Shown here: positions 21,663 through 32,897 of the stretch, one piece after another | How the letters are laid out: the number at the start of each line of letters is the position of its first letter | Numbering within the stretch: position 1 is the stretch's first letter | Assembly: GCA_964019335.1 (NCBI GenBank) | Contig: OZ025651.1 | Span: 310,001-374,000 of the forward strand | Length of the DNA: 64,000 nt | Source of the DNA: Diplonema japonicum | Lineage: Eukaryota; Protista; Euglenozoa: Diplonemea | Reading direction: 5' to 3' | Program-made: the position numbers and the translations under genes | The notes under the pieces: model-generated | Database searches by the model: none | Told to the model about the DNA's origin: nothing | The model's input: the letters and a program-made list of their open reading frames with translations, nothing else

Positions 21663-23876
21663 TCACTGAAGCGACAAAGTCGTGTTTACATAAGGGCTTT
21701 GGGTTATGACGAATTTTCCGGCGTTGGGAGGAGCGGTGCAGAGGGTGATCTCGTAGGCACCGGGCTGGGGGGCGAAGGATGTGTCCATCAAGCGCAGGGA
21801 AGTGGTCGAGACTTCAGCACAGACTTCCTGCGATGCTTGAGGTGCGATGAGGGTGGACCTCTGAAACCCGACAAGGTACGTGTTGGGTGTCTTTGAGGAA
21901 TACTTGCGAGGGGGCATGGCATACACCTGCAGCACCTCCTCAGTGGCGTATGCCCCTGTGTTCTTTATGGTCGCGCACACAGTTGCTACAAACCCCACAG
22001 CGGCAGGTAGAACATTAGGCGATGCAAGCCCGCCCGACAGCTCCACTGTAGTGTATGTGAGACCAAACCCAAACTTGTACAAAGGCATCTCTGTCAAATG
22101 CCTGTACGTTCTCCCCGGCGGTGTGTCCAATGCCATGTCCAGCTTCGGCGGCACTTGCTCTACGCCAACGGGCCACGTCATCGGCAGCTTCCCCGACGGG
22201 GACACGACACCAGACAAGAGTTGCCCCACAGCCTCGCCACCCCTGCTCCCGCCATACCACATCACAAGAATAGCCGGGGCGTACTGCGCTTCCCAGTTCA
22301 TCGAAATAGGCCCACCTGTTACCACCACAAGAATGAAGTTCTTGTTTACTTGGTACAGCTGCTGCATTAATTTGGTCTGTTGCCCAGGCATTTGCAGATC
22401 AGGCCTGTCGTGCCCTTCGCCCTCGCAGTGCACGCCGCCCTTGCCTTGCCCACCTTGACAGTTGCGGTTTCCCCCAACAAAGATCACGTAGTCAGCGGTC
22501 TTAGCCTGAGCCACGGCATCCGCAAAGCCGGAAGTATCGTTGCTTTCGACGGCAACACCGAAGGAGTAGGTCACTTCCACGCCGTGCGGCTCGTATGCGT
22601 CCTTGATACCTTGAAGGGGGGTCGTGAGGGAGCAGTTTTGAAGGATGGGCCCATTGCCGCCAAACTCGCACCCCATGTAGTTCCCGAGGAGGGAGTACGT
22701 GTCGTTCGCACCCCAGCCGACGACAAGGAGCTTCTTCAAGGAGCTTGGCTTGAGTGGCAGCATGTTGTCTTGGTTCTTGACGAGGACCTGCGAACGCAAA
22801 GCAACATCTTCAGCAATCTGCAGGTTTTCAGGCGACTGGATGTCTGCTTGAGTCAAGTTCGAGTACATGACAGTCGCAGGTGGATCGAAGGTCCCTGCTG
22901 CCATCCTTGCAGTGAAGAGCCTACTCACAGCAAGGTCCAGCTGGCTGGTTTCGATTGTTCCTGCCTCCAAAGCGTCGGACAGATGGTGGAACACGGTACC
23001 CGAGTTCAGGTCAACGCCTGCGTTGAGGCCTGCCGCAGCAGCCTGTGTTGTATTTTGGAACCTGTGGTACTTCGAGACCATGAACTCAAGTGCCCCGGAG
23101 TCTGTGACGACGTAGTTCTCCGGCTTGGTGAAGCCGAACTCGTCCTTGAGGACTGCCTTCAGCATTGGGGACATGCACATGGGGTATCCGTTGATGCCGT
23201 TGTAAGAACACATGATGGATACGGATTTCTTAGCGCACAGTTCCCAGGCAGGGAAGTAGTACTGCCTAAGGTCCGTCTCTGTGATATTGGGGTCGAACGA
23301 CAGGCGTGGTGGCTCTTCGTCAACGCCGTAGGCGGCAAATGCCTTGCAGGTGGCGAGTGTCTGGTAGATGTCGGTTTGAGGGCCATTCTGCAGCCCGTCG
23401 ACAAAAGCTTCTGTCAGCTTGGTGGCCAAGAATGGATCTTCGCCATAGGTTTCTTGCCCACGGCCCCACCTCGGGTCGCGCATGAGGTTCCCTACGGGGC
23501 CCCACAAGTCCAGCCCATAGTTCATGACCGACGAGCCGTTGTTCTGCTTCAGGGCAATGTTGTACTTTGCGCGCTGCTCGTTGGCCGACACCCTCCCTGC
23601 CTTGTACACAAGAGCGGGGCTAAACGAAGCTGCCATACCAATGGCTTGCGTGAACTGCGTGCTGACACCATTGTCAACGTCCCCGTGTAGCACGTTATTC
23701 CTCCAGTGGTAGGAACCCACACCCAGCCTGTCAATTGCAGGTGCTGCAACCACCATCTGCGCTATCTTCTCCTGCGTGGTCATGTTCCCGACCAGCATGG
23801 CGACCCTCTCCCGTCTGGGCAGCGTGTTGTCGAACCAGGGGAAGGCCCCTACAACAGCTATTGTGAACAGCAACAT
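21663..23876 (-). CDS. Secreted GH3 beta-xylosidase/beta-glucosidase-like enzyme
   Basis: Signal peptide; RDPRWGRGQETYGEDP, IMCSYNGING, nucleophile motif VVTDSGA, EGEGHDR, PSGKLPMTW, LYKFGFGLTYT; C-terminal Fn3-like domain. Intronless. Confidence 0.93.
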   Translation of the reverse strand: MLLFTIAVVGAFPWFDNTLPRRERVAMLVGNMTTQEKIAQMVVAAPAIDRLGVGSYHWRNNVLHGDVDNGVSTQFTQAIGMAASFSPALVYKAGRVSANEQRAKYNIALKQNNGSSVMNYGLDLWGPVGNLMRDPRWGRGQETYGEDPFLATKLTEAFVDGLQNGPQTDIYQTLATCKAFAAYGVDEEPPRLSFDPNITETDLRQYYFPAWELCAKKSVSIMCSYNGINGYPMCMSPMLKAVLKDEFGFTKPENYVVTDSGALEFMVSKYHRFQNTTQAAAAGLNAGVDLNSGTVFHHLSDALEAGTIETSQLDLAVSRLFTARMAAGTFDPPATVMYSNLTQADIQSPENLQIAEDVALRSQVLVKNQDNMLPLKPSSLKKLLVVGWGANDTYSLLGNYMGCEFGGNGPILQNCSLTTPLQGIKDAYEPHGVEVTYSFGVAVESNDTSGFADAVAQAKTADYVIFVGGNRNCQGGQGKGGVHCEGEGHDRPDLQMPGQQTKLMQQLYQVNKNFILVVVTGGPISMNWEAQYAPAILVMWYGGSRGGEAVGQLLSGVVSPSGKLPMTWPVGVEQVPPKLDMALDTPPGRTYRHLTEMPLYKFGFGLTYTTVELSGGLASPNVLPAAVGFVATVCATIKNTGAYATEEVLQVYAMPPRKYSSKTPNTYLVGFQRSTLIAPQASQEVCAEVSTTSLRLMDTSFAPQPGAYEITLCTAPPNAGKFVITQSPYVNTTLSLQ

Positions 23877-23974
23877 ATTTCTTAGTTGTCCTTAAGGTAG
23901 ATTGGAACAAGCAGTAAAGTGTGATGATGAATGTATGTACAGATAAGACCCACATGGAAATATGGTTTTTCAAC

Positions 23975-25123
23975 TTAGTCGGAGTCTTGTGCCAGGTCAG
24001 CTGCGGCCATCGAGCGCCTTCTGCCCGGCTCGAAGAGGTCGTCTGTCCCCAACTCGGGGTGGACCACGTCGCTAACGTACTGGTGTTTGATAATGCTCGC
24101 CATGGAGGATAGGAACACGTCGTTGTTCACACCCGTGACCAAAAAGCAGTTTTTCCAACGGTTGGCCTTCTTCATCGATGCTTCCGTGCCGTACCAGTCC
24201 AGCACCGTCATCCCGCGGGTTTCCCTCCCCCACAGCTCGATCGTGCAGTAGGTCTCAAACTTTTCTGTGATACAATTAGGTTCCAGCGCAACAACCATCG
24301 CCACCGCGTCGGGTATAACGCACGTCTCGTCTTGTGTGATCGGTTCGTCCCCCGTGTCGGGCCTATCACCGTTGGTCGACGGTCTTGTGAATTCTTCCAG
24401 TCTCTTGAACAGCTTCTCGTAAAATACTTGAACCCTATTTTGCTCACCGCCTCGTCCTAGCCATTTGTCAAACCACGCCCACGTCAACGGGCACGCCACG
24501 GTCACCTCCCAAGCAACGAGGTACACCGGAATGGATGCGGTGTTGAGCACTATGTTGGCCGCTTCGGGGTCGCAGTGAAAGTTGAACTCGGCGGCCATGT
24601 TGCTATTCCCCTTTGCCTCGTACGCGCCTCCCATCACGACCACCCCAGGGTACCCATCACCGCCTAGGTACTGGCACAGATCAGGGTTGAGCTTTAGTGC
24701 TAAGGCGAGGTTGGTGCAAGGGCCAAGGACGACGAGCTGCCAGATCTCGTTGGACTTTTCCCATGGTTTTATGTCCTTCATTAGGTGTACCAAGGCGAGA
24801 CAGGCAGGTGTGTCTGAGGTTGGCTGGTGAAGGGGTTTTGGGAAGTCAGCATCCCCGTACCCATCCTTCCCATACCCCTCCCACGCCACTGTCTCCCGTC
24901 GTCCCAAGATAGGCCCCTCGGCTCCTTTATACAGAGGGATGTTGAAACCGTAAAAGTCGAGGAGCTTCCCTGCGTTCTCAGTCGCTTGGAAGACGCTCAC
25001 GTTCCCCCAGCAGGTTGTGATGGCTACGATCTCGACGTCCGGATGGGAGAAGGCCAACATCAGTGCCACGGCATCGTCGCCGCCGCTGTCCGTGTCCACA
25101 ATCAGCTTTCTTTTTCTAAACAT
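23975..25123 (-). CDS. Inosine-guanosine-type nucleoside hydrolase (IU-NH family)
   Basis: KLIVDTDSGGDDAVA (DxDxxxDD). KGNSNMAAEFNFHCDPEA, TCVIPDAVA and GRETRG...DWYGTE closely recall Trypanosoma IG-NH. Start MFRKRK at 25123. Confidence 0.93.
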   Translation of the reverse strand: MFRKRKLIVDTDSGGDDAVALMLAFSHPDVEIVAITTCWGNVSVFQATENAGKLLDFYGFNIPLYKGAEGPILGRRETVAWEGYGKDGYGDADFPKPLHQPTSDTPACLALVHLMKDIKPWEKSNEIWQLVVLGPCTNLALALKLNPDLCQYLGGDGYPGVVVMGGAYEAKGNSNMAAEFNFHCDPEAANIVLNTASIPVYLVAWEVTVACPLTWAWFDKWLGRGGEQNRVQVFYEKLFKRLEEFTRPSTNGDRPDTGDEPITQDETCVIPDAVAMVVALEPNCITEKFETYCTIELWGRETRGMTVLDWYGTEASMKKANRWKNCFLVTGVNNDVFLSSMASIIKHQYVSDVVHPELGTDDLFEPGRRRSMAAADLAQDSD

Positions 25124-25217
25124 CGCTGCAATGCATCTGCTTTCTTCTGGGGCTTTTCCTTTTTTGTTGAGGGGGGGATGGTGTAAAAATGAAAAAGAAC
25201 CCACAAAAAAAAAAGAA

Positions 25218-26015
25218 CTACTTTGCAGGGGTTATCCACCCCAATAAATGTTCGGCCTCTGTCGAGCCGGCTTCTGCTGCCACCTGCAGCCATCTGGTAG
25301 CTTTTGTCTTCGCGACGGCAGCCTTGTCAGGCGGGAGGAGCTCTCCCAACATGTACAGCTTCCCCAGCGAGAGTTGCGAATCCACGTGGTTAAGAGCAGC
25401 GCCTTTGGAAAAATAGCGGAAGGCCGCGGGCAGGCTTTTGTCGACAAGGGGCGTGCCTGATTCATATTGAAGGCCTAGAGCAAAAGCAGCCGGAGGATAG
25501 TTGTGAAAAGCAGAGAGGTGAAGCCACTTTGAGGCTTGTAGGCGATCAACAGGAACACCTTTTCCTTCTTCCAGCGCAATGGATATTAGATACTCCGCTT
25601 TTGGGTGTCCGGCTTGTGAGGCGGTGTCGAGGAAACGCAGGGCTTCACTTGAAGGAAAGTACAAAGAGGCGTACTCGACCATCGCTACAACAGAGCCTGC
25701 CTCGGAGGCGCTTTTCAAAACCATTTGCTTGAAATCTGGATCGTCGGCCTTCCCTGCTATCCCTATGAGATACGCTGGTGAGTCACCGCTCAGCTCTGCC
25801 ATTTCAATGCATTCGTCAAGTTCCTTGCCTTCAAGCTTTGTAAGCACATCCACCACCTCTGGTACCTCTTCTATTTCGGTGTATTTTAACATCTCGTAGA
25901 TCTCTTTGAACATTTCGCATTCTCGGTAGAAAACCCTCGCCTGCTGCATCGGGGGGTGGGGTATCTTGCAGCCTAACTTGTACCCCTCTATCCCCTCGCG
26001 GTGTTTTCTTATCAT
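25218..26015 (-). CDS. Sel1-repeat protein
   Basis: Tandem Sel1-like repeats (ASQAGHPKAEYLIS...GKGVPVD...KWLHLSAFHNYPPAAFALGLQYESG...). Start uncertain (26015 or 25949). Confidence 0.8.
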   Translation of the reverse strand: MIRKHREGIEGYKLGCKIPHPPMQQARVFYRECEMFKEIYEMLKYTEIEEVPEVVDVLTKLEGKELDECIEMAELSGDSPAYLIGIAGKADDPDFKQMVLKSASEAGSVVAMVEYASLYFPSSEALRFLDTASQAGHPKAEYLISIALEEGKGVPVDRLQASKWLHLSAFHNYPPAAFALGLQYESGTPLVDKSLPAAFRYFSKGAALNHVDSQLSLGKLYMLGELLPPDKAAVAKTKATRWLQVAAEAGSTEAEHLLGWITPAK

Positions 26016-26697
26016 AAAATATTCCTTTCTCCCCCCCCTCTCCCCCTCCTTGAAAAACAAAATAAGAGGGGAAAGAGAAAAAAAGAACATGCAAAAAATA
26101 AAAGAAAAATAAGAAACAGGGGAAGGTAGCTGGAAATAAAGGAAAAAGAAGGGGAGGGGAAGAGGAAGAACTGCCTCTTTAACAAGTAAGTGTAAAGATA
26201 TATAACAGCATTCTCGGGGGGGAGAGAGAGAGAGAGAAAAAGGCGTTGTTTTAAAAAGGAACTATAAAAGAAAATATGCCAAAAGAAGGGGGAGGAAAAG
26301 GGGGGGGGGGGGGGGGGGGGACGATTTGCTAGTTTACAACAAAATAGCACTTCCCCCTGTTGAAGTATCTTTTCTTCTTCCTCTATCTTCCCATTTCTTC
26401 ATTTTTTCTTTACCCCCCCCCCTAAAGTGTACCTAAGAGAACAACAAAGCCCAAAGAAAGTCGCGTTTTTTCTTTCCTGGGCCATGGGTGAATGAAAAAA
26501 AAGAATAAGAAAAAAAATATTTTATGACTATAAGCCTTTGTTGTTCGCACGCGCTAAAGCTGCGAATTCTTTTTTTTTTTTTTTTTTTTGCTCGACACAA
26601 ATTGCAAAAATAGTCACAAAAAAAACTTTTTTCCTTTGTAAAAAAAAAAAAAAAAAAAAGATACAAAAAAAAAATCCTTTTTTCTTGTTTTACCACC

Positions 26698-27528
26698 TCA
26701 TTTATCTTTACAGATAAGATTGTCAGCGAGAGGCAACGTCATTTTCTTAACGGGAGTGGTACACCCAGGTGAGAACTCGGAGAAAGTGACGACAGGCTTG
26801 GACGCGGTTTTCAACCCGGTGGTCTTGAAGGAGAGGAATATGGGGTTTGTAGCGCAATCAACTGGAGAATACCCCGCGCATGCCTTGAATCCAAAACGAA
26901 CATTCATTTTAGGATCCCAGACGACTGGTGTGGGGACGCGAAGACCACGGGAGAGGTACGCATTGTAACAAGAAGAAGTGTCCACAGTGTCCCTCGGGAA
27001 ACAATCGAAAACTTCATCATTCTCCGCATCTGTTATCGAAAACATTTCAGAGAGCTGGAGAGGGGTCCCTGCTTTGCTGAACACCTCAAACTGAATCCCA
27101 GACACATTATGGATTTCAACAGAGTAGTAGACCTTGTCACCAGGATTCAAACAAGGAAGTCTTATCTCCGTTTCCCCAGCCTCCCCTTTGCATTTGAGCT
27201 CCGTAGGGTTGCTGAATGGTAGGTACGGTCTCTTCGCATCTAAGGTGTCTGCAGTGAGATCTTCCAGATCTGATTTGTCACACACTTCAAAGTCGCAGCC
27301 CGGGGCCATGTTTTTGCAAATGTTGAAATTCATGCAATCCTGCCCGGGTGCGATCCCCTCCTTTAAGCTTAGTGCATGCTGCAGGCATTCGTCCGAACAC
27401 ACAACCAGCTTTCTGTCTGGCATGCAGTTCAAACTCTGCATTTTATCCCTGAACATGGAACATTCCTCAGCAGACACCGACGCCGCAAGGGCGATGAATA
27501 TGGCTGCTGACCCGATGGTGGTGTACAT
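26698..27528 (-). CDS. Secreted cysteine-rich hypothetical protein
   Basis: Hydrophobic signal peptide ending ASVSA, many Cys, 276-aa clean ORF between homopolymer spacers. Confidence 0.75.
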   Translation of the reverse strand: MYTTIGSAAIFIALAASVSAEECSMFRDKMQSLNCMPDRKLVVCSDECLQHALSLKEGIAPGQDCMNFNICKNMAPGCDFEVCDKSDLEDLTADTLDAKRPYLPFSNPTELKCKGEAGETEIRLPCLNPGDKVYYSVEIHNVSGIQFEVFSKAGTPLQLSEMFSITDAENDEVFDCFPRDTVDTSSCYNAYLSRGLRVPTPVVWDPKMNVRFGFKACAGYSPVDCATNPIFLSFKTTGLKTASKPVVTFSEFSPGCTTPVKKMTLPLADNLICKDK

Positions 27529-27665
27529 TTCTTTTTTTTTTTTTTTTTATTTCCCTTTTCTTGGTGTGAAAAAAGTACAAAAAAAAAAAAAAAGACAAAA
27601 AATATGATCAGAAGCGTGCGGGGGCATTTTTTTTTTTTTTTTTTTTTTTTGTTCCCTTCATTATT

Positions 27666-29270
27666 TCACGCGTTCCCCGCCTTCCCCCTCAGTGGATTGA
27701 TTAAACCCGGTGATCGTTGATGAAAGGGGACTCCATTGAAGCTGCGGGGGTTTGAATATAATAATTCGTTTCAGAAAAAAGAAGAAAAAAAAAAAAACCA
27801 CAAACCTAGCCTTCCCCGTCGACCGATCGACGACTTCGCCAACCATTTTGAATTTTTCGATCGTTTTCCGAACTGCAGGGTGCTGGTCCTCCATCGAAGC
27901 ATGCTACACAAGATTTTTTTTTTTTTTTTTTTTGCTCATACTGGATCAAACGCAGCTTTCCCAATTGTACGCCCCTGGATAGACCCCTCAGCGAGCCTCG
28001 GTTTTGCCTTCGCGTACAATTTTTCAAGCTTGGCAGGGTCCACTCTTGGAGGGGCATGTTTCGAGAACAACTCCGGCTGCGTTTCCGGAGAATCGAACTC
28101 AGTAACAGTGCTCCAGTGGTCATCACCTTCTTCAACATCGGAATGCTCAGCTTGCGAATGTAAAGGCGAACTTGCAGGGACGTCCCATAGGATGGTATCG
28201 TTCACATTGTCAGGGTTGAGGAAATGAAGCACAGATGTTATGTCAGAATCATGCCCGCCAGCCTCGCCACATCTATTAACGATGCTGTTTGCGGCTGTTG
28301 TGAGCGGGAGGTGCGCTTTTAAATCGGGTGAAAGCACATCGGCTTCCAAAATCGAAATATTTTTCGCCATCCTGGATATGGTCTGCCCCGTCACGATTTT
28401 CCCTTTAGACGCGAACTGCGCAGGGAAGTACATCGCGTTCCTTCTGTACATATTAGACCCACCCAATGAACTATCAAGAACTCGTGTCAGCTTATCCATA
28501 TCAGTAACACCTAATGTCTTCGCCAATAATGCCGACTCCGCCGACGCAACAGCGTGCACTGCGGAGATATTTTCATGAATCATTTTTGTAGCTGTCCCCA
28601 TTCCGGATGCTCCCATGTACTCTATACAATGTGCGTAACGTGCCATGACACGCACTACACGGCGGAAGGCCATCTCATCACCGCCCACCATCACTGTTAA
28701 ATTACCAGTTTGAGAAAGCTCCGGTGAACCTGCTATCGGAGCATCGAGGTATTGCAAACCACGTGCTTCAGCAAGTTCACTGAACTCTCGTGTTGTAGGA
28801 AGGTCGACTGTAGTGTGGTTTATGATAATCGTGCCTGGTTTCGCGTTGAGGAGAATAGCGTCGTCACGGTGGAGCAGAACATCCCTCGCTGCTCGGATGT
28901 TGGCCAAGCATACAATTATGATATCGGTGAAGCGTGGGATGTCCAACAGGATAGGACGTTGGAAGCAGTGCCGCTGTAGTTGTGTTTCAAGGTATTCTGC
29001 ATAGGCCTTTAGTTTTCTCTCGTTTCTGGTCCATACGTGGACGCTGTGGGTGGGTTCCTTGACCACTTTCCATAGCATGCCCATGCCCATTTCTCCGAGG
29101 CCCACCCATCCTATTTTTTCCGTGTCCTTCACCAGCACCTCGGGTCGAACAGCCTCCCGTTCTTCTTCCCCCATCTCCGGTCGTTTCATGTAATCTTTGT
29201 ACCCTACACCATGCAGGTTGTCCCCTCCAAACGGCTCGGGCCTGAGGCGGAGAACGCATCTCCGGAGCAT
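27666..29270 (-). CDS. Beta-hydroxyacid dehydrogenase (3-hydroxyisobutyrate/6PGD NAD-binding family), probably mitochondrial; 3' introns 27904-27941 and probably 27742-27805
   Basis: MLRR presequence, IGWVGLGEMGMGM Rossmann motif, YLDAPIAGS, LTVMVGG, catalytic Lys in ATKMI. The ORF ends in CCA|GTATGA; a 38-nt intron joins it in frame to HASMEDQHPAVRK. The second intron and final stop (27666 or 27661) are less sure. Confidence 0.85.
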
Positions 29271-29753
29271 TGTATCTTTTTTTTTTTTCCTCTTTTTCCC
29301 CCCCCCGTCCTTTTTTTTAAATATTATGTAACCAGAAACCAGCGAGTTTCTTTGTCATGTCCTTCCTGTGCAATGGACCAGGGCTTCATCATGTTCTCGC
29401 AGACGAAGCCAGCGCATGAAGTGAGCATGTCGGCCAGCATGTAGCCACTGCCGCACTCCTGCTGGCCTGCTCTGTAGACAAGAGCGGAGCAGACACTGGG
29501 AGGGGGACTGTTAACTGAATTGTGCAATACTTCCTATAGGCGCTCTTGCAACGACCACCACAGCCATCGCCAACGTGCCAAAAAATGGGCTGAACTTTCA
29601 CACTGGTGGGAGCCAAACGTTTCAGAATTAAAAAAAAAAAAGCTGAGGCCAGGATAAATGTAAAAAGAGAAACGAAAAATGGGATAAAACCGTTAAGATA
29701 AAAACGAAAGAAGAACAAGGGGGGAAAAAAGAAATCCTCTGAAAAGGAAGTAA

Positions 29754-32700
29754 TCAACAAGCAGCACTCTTTCTTTTCTTTCTCAACCCAAGCGAGTGTA
29801 GCTCATCGATCGTGACACCTGTGTGTGCCCTCTTCTTGCACCGCATCTCGACGTAGTCACCAGCGTCCCAACCTTCATCATCGGTGGCATTGATGCGAGA
29901 TTCTAAATTCTGTATGACAGCAAGGTTTGTGATGCACTTAATGGTGTTTTTAGGGGACTGTCTGCTGCAAAGGGCCATCAGGGGAGTGAGCCCCCCACTG
30001 TTGTCCACGGCTGGGTCCAGAGGGCAACCGGCGTTGATTAGCTGCACCATTTCGAAGTACGAAAGGTTTGCGGCGGTCCAGAAAGGGGTTTCCCCAGTGC
30101 TTCCTTTGAGGCTGAGGTCAGGGTCACACCTCAGAATATCCTGTAGGAGCGACGTAGATCTCGACTGCAGCCTGCGTTTAAAGAACACATGAAGAGCAGT
30201 ATCACCATTAACATCTCGGGCGTTGATATCGGTAACCCTCGTGAGAAGGCTTTTCGCAACGTAATCAAATCGATGCTTTATGGCGATGTGGAGGGGGGAA
30301 CCGAGGTTCACATCTATTGTCTTGTATGTGGCAAGCCAGTTTGCTACACATATAATGTTTAACTCAATGGAACGCTGTAGAAGCGTTTTGCCGTCTTCAT
30401 TAGTAGCATTCACAAGATGCGGGGCGCTGCCTAGCATCGCTTTAACGGTACCATGAGTGTGGTAAAGGTAGCACTGCTTCGTCTCCCCCGTCAAAGCACG
30501 ATGCAGCAGCTCTGTGGTCACCTTTGCTCCCTTTAAAAGCACCATGGTCGTAATTTTATGCGCTTTTATTCTTACCGCGGCACGCAGCCCTTTATCCAGA
30601 TCAGAACACTTTGCGGTCAACAGCCATGTGACGTGGTTGTACGTAATCCTGCTATCGATCGCTATTTTCAAAGAGTTGCTCCCCGGGCATAGCTTTTCCC
30701 TGACCTCCTCGCTCATGTGAATCTTATGTCTCAGCGCCGCCAGCAGGATCCGATCGTTATCGCTGCCTTCCTTGTTGGGGAGCAGCACGCTCAGCCACTT
30801 CGAACGTTCGAGAGTATCTAGTTTTTTACCTGATAAAATCTCCGGAATGTAATTGTGGAGCTTCGCCACGTTGCTCTCGTGCAGCGCCCGAACGCACCTT
30901 AAGCAACCTCTTTTGAGGATGTATGTGATTACACCGTGGGGTACCGATCCCATCGTGGTCAGGAGATCTCCTAAACTCCCGTGGGTTTCGTGCATCCTGA
31001 CAGCTTTAAATATCATCTCGGGGGTCACAGTGATCTTCCCGTTTGCAATGAGAAGTTTGACGCACTTTGGGTATGATTTGCGAATGAAGGCCAATGTCGC
31101 ATTGCCGATTGAAGGGTCGGCACCCAACTCCAAAAGCTTTTTCAAAACGGGTTCCGGGTCGTCCTTCATCCGAGCAGCCACCGCGTGAAATACAGTCCGT
31201 CCCTTTTCGTCACGCATGGTGACGATGCTGGCCGCTTCTTTCGGTCGTCGGTTCAGCAGATGTATCAGCAAACGAGAGTGAGAACAGGCTTTCATAAATT
31301 GTTTGAGGAAAGGCGTCTCAGTATCGACAGGGAAGACGCTGGCCAACGTGTCCTGTCCCATTATGATTGCCTTCTCCAATGCGGGTTGAAAGTTGGTGTC
31401 GAGCGTCAGCAGCATCTTTGCGGCATCTTCGCATCCTGACCTGACAGCCCACTTCAAAGGGTTGCCCACCCCTGCGTCTGCACCATGGGACAGGAGGGCT
31501 GCGATTACACTACAGGCTCCATTGCCAGCAGCGAGTTCGAGGGGCGTTCTTCGTTCCTTTAAAGATACTTTGTTCGCTTCCGAACCGAGTTCGAGCAGCA
31601 GTGGTACAAAGGCAGGGCTGCTACTGACAGCCAGTTGCAAGTTGGTAGCACCGTTGCTTTTGTGAGCATTTACATCAGCGCCACGATCGATGAGCAATGT
31701 TACGAGAGATGTGTTTCCCAATTGGAGAGCCGTCCCGAGGAGAGACCTGTAAAGAGGGATTCCAGCGTCTAGGAGAGTTTCCACATTGCTCGTCAGGCCT
31801 TTTTTCGCAGCTTCCACGATGGGTACGTCTTTTGTTGTTGTTTTTGCAGTGACACCCGCCTTGAGGAGCTCTTTGAGGAAGCGAGGGTCTGGGTTCCTTG
31901 CTGCGGCAACCACGGCAGCCCCGTTGGTGGGTTTCAAGTGGATACTATCCGTGTCGTCGGCGCACCATTGTAAAAGAAACCGAAACCCCTCTATGTCGGT
32001 GTGGCCGCACGCTTTTCGGAGGAGAACCTTGTTGACGACAGTGATCGCTTCGTTGACATCCTCGCCCTTCAAGTGTTTCCTCAGGAGAGGCCCGTGGCTT
32101 CGTATGTATGCAGGATTCATGCATTCCGCAATGCCCACCGTAGCCCAACAGAAATTCTCCTCAAGAAAAACTTGCAGAACCTCTAAGCTCGGGTTCATCA
32201 GTACATGCTTCATGTCGTCAGCAGTCACGCGGTCATAGGCTGTTCGTGCAAAGGCCTTGCGGACAAGAGGGACGCTGCCCCTCTTAATCGCTTGGATCAT
32301 GGGCGTGTACATCCCTGTAAACGTGTCGCAAGCGTCGATCGCCATCTCGACGAACTCATCTGATGCCATGTCTATCCGGTTGGAGGAGAAGACGCGTGCA
32401 AGCTCTCTTCTGAAGGCTCGTGAAGTGTACCCAATTTGGATGACGTGTTTGATGCGTTCAGGGAAGGCGAATGCCTTATTATGCAAGCCGGACCAGTGCC
32501 AGTTATCTTCTTCGTTCCACGCGTTGCCCTTCGAGTCTTTGAATAGCTGCAGCCACTTTTGGGTTTTGTATTTCCTGCCCCTCTCGCTGAGGTACATTTG
32601 GATGAATGCCTCTGCGGTCATCCCGTTCAGTTCGGGTTCGGCGTCTATGAGAGTGCGTGCCATTGCTCCAGGCGGGAGGGTGACTTCTATTGGATCGTCC

Positions 32701-32897
32701 TGAGCCACCCCGCAGACAGACAATTCGAGGTCCAATTCGTCAGCATTGTAGATCTTTCCCTTGTGCGTCAGGCACACGTTCTGTGCGATTGCATTGAATT
32801 CCTTCGCTGCTACATCTCTCACTTCTCTAAACGTGGTTCTCTCTCCTGCTTCGAAGTCTATCTGCGTCCTGTCCACATTCACTATGAACACGTTCAT
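29754..32897 (-). CDS. Ubiquitin-like domain plus ankyrin-repeat protein
   Basis: N-terminal ~75 aa have ubiquitin-like patterning. Many ankyrin repeats (TPLELAAGNG, GSPLHIAI, GDTALH, GETPFW, LTPLM). Intronless. Confidence 0.88.
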   Translation of the reverse strand: MNVFIVNVDRTQIDFEAGERTTFREVRDVAAKEFNAIAQNVCLTHKGKIYNADELDLELSVCGVAQDDPIEVTLPPGAMARTLIDAEPELNGMTAEAFIQMYLSERGRKYKTQKWLQLFKDSKGNAWNEEDNWHWSGLHNKAFAFPERIKHVIQIGYTSRAFRRELARVFSSNRIDMASDEFVEMAIDACDTFTGMYTPMIQAIKRGSVPLVRKAFARTAYDRVTADDMKHVLMNPSLEVLQVFLEENFCWATVGIAECMNPAYIRSHGPLLRKHLKGEDVNEAITVVNKVLLRKACGHTDIEGFRFLLQWCADDTDSIHLKPTNGAAVVAAARNPDPRFLKELLKAGVTAKTTTKDVPIVEAAKKGLTSNVETLLDAGIPLYRSLLGTALQLGNTSLVTLLIDRGADVNAHKSNGATNLQLAVSSSPAFVPLLLELGSEANKVSLKERRTPLELAAGNGACSVIAALLSHGADAGVGNPLKWAVRSGCEDAAKMLLTLDTNFQPALEKAIIMGQDTLASVFPVDTETPFLKQFMKACSHSRLLIHLLNRRPKEAASIVTMRDEKGRTVFHAVAARMKDDPEPVLKKLLELGADPSIGNATLAFIRKSYPKCVKLLIANGKITVTPEMIFKAVRMHETHGSLGDLLTTMGSVPHGVITYILKRGCLRCVRALHESNVAKLHNYIPEILSGKKLDTLERSKWLSVLLPNKEGSDNDRILLAALRHKIHMSEEVREKLCPGSNSLKIAIDSRITYNHVTWLLTAKCSDLDKGLRAAVRIKAHKITTMVLLKGAKVTTELLHRALTGETKQCYLYHTHGTVKAMLGSAPHLVNATNEDGKTLLQRSIELNIICVANWLATYKTIDVNLGSPLHIAIKHRFDYVAKSLLTRVTDINARDVNGDTALHVFFKRRLQSRSTSLLQDILRCDPDLSLKGSTGETPFWTAANLSYFEMVQLINAGCPLDPAVDNSGGLTPLMALCSRQSPKNTIKCITNLAVIQNLESRINATDDEGWDAGDYVEMRCKKRAHTGVTIDELHSLGLRKKRKSAAC

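Noticed and set aside
29324-29620. Short ORFs between the dehydrogenase and the ankyrin gene
   Set aside because: No consistent start or frame and no recognisable motif; cannot be supported.
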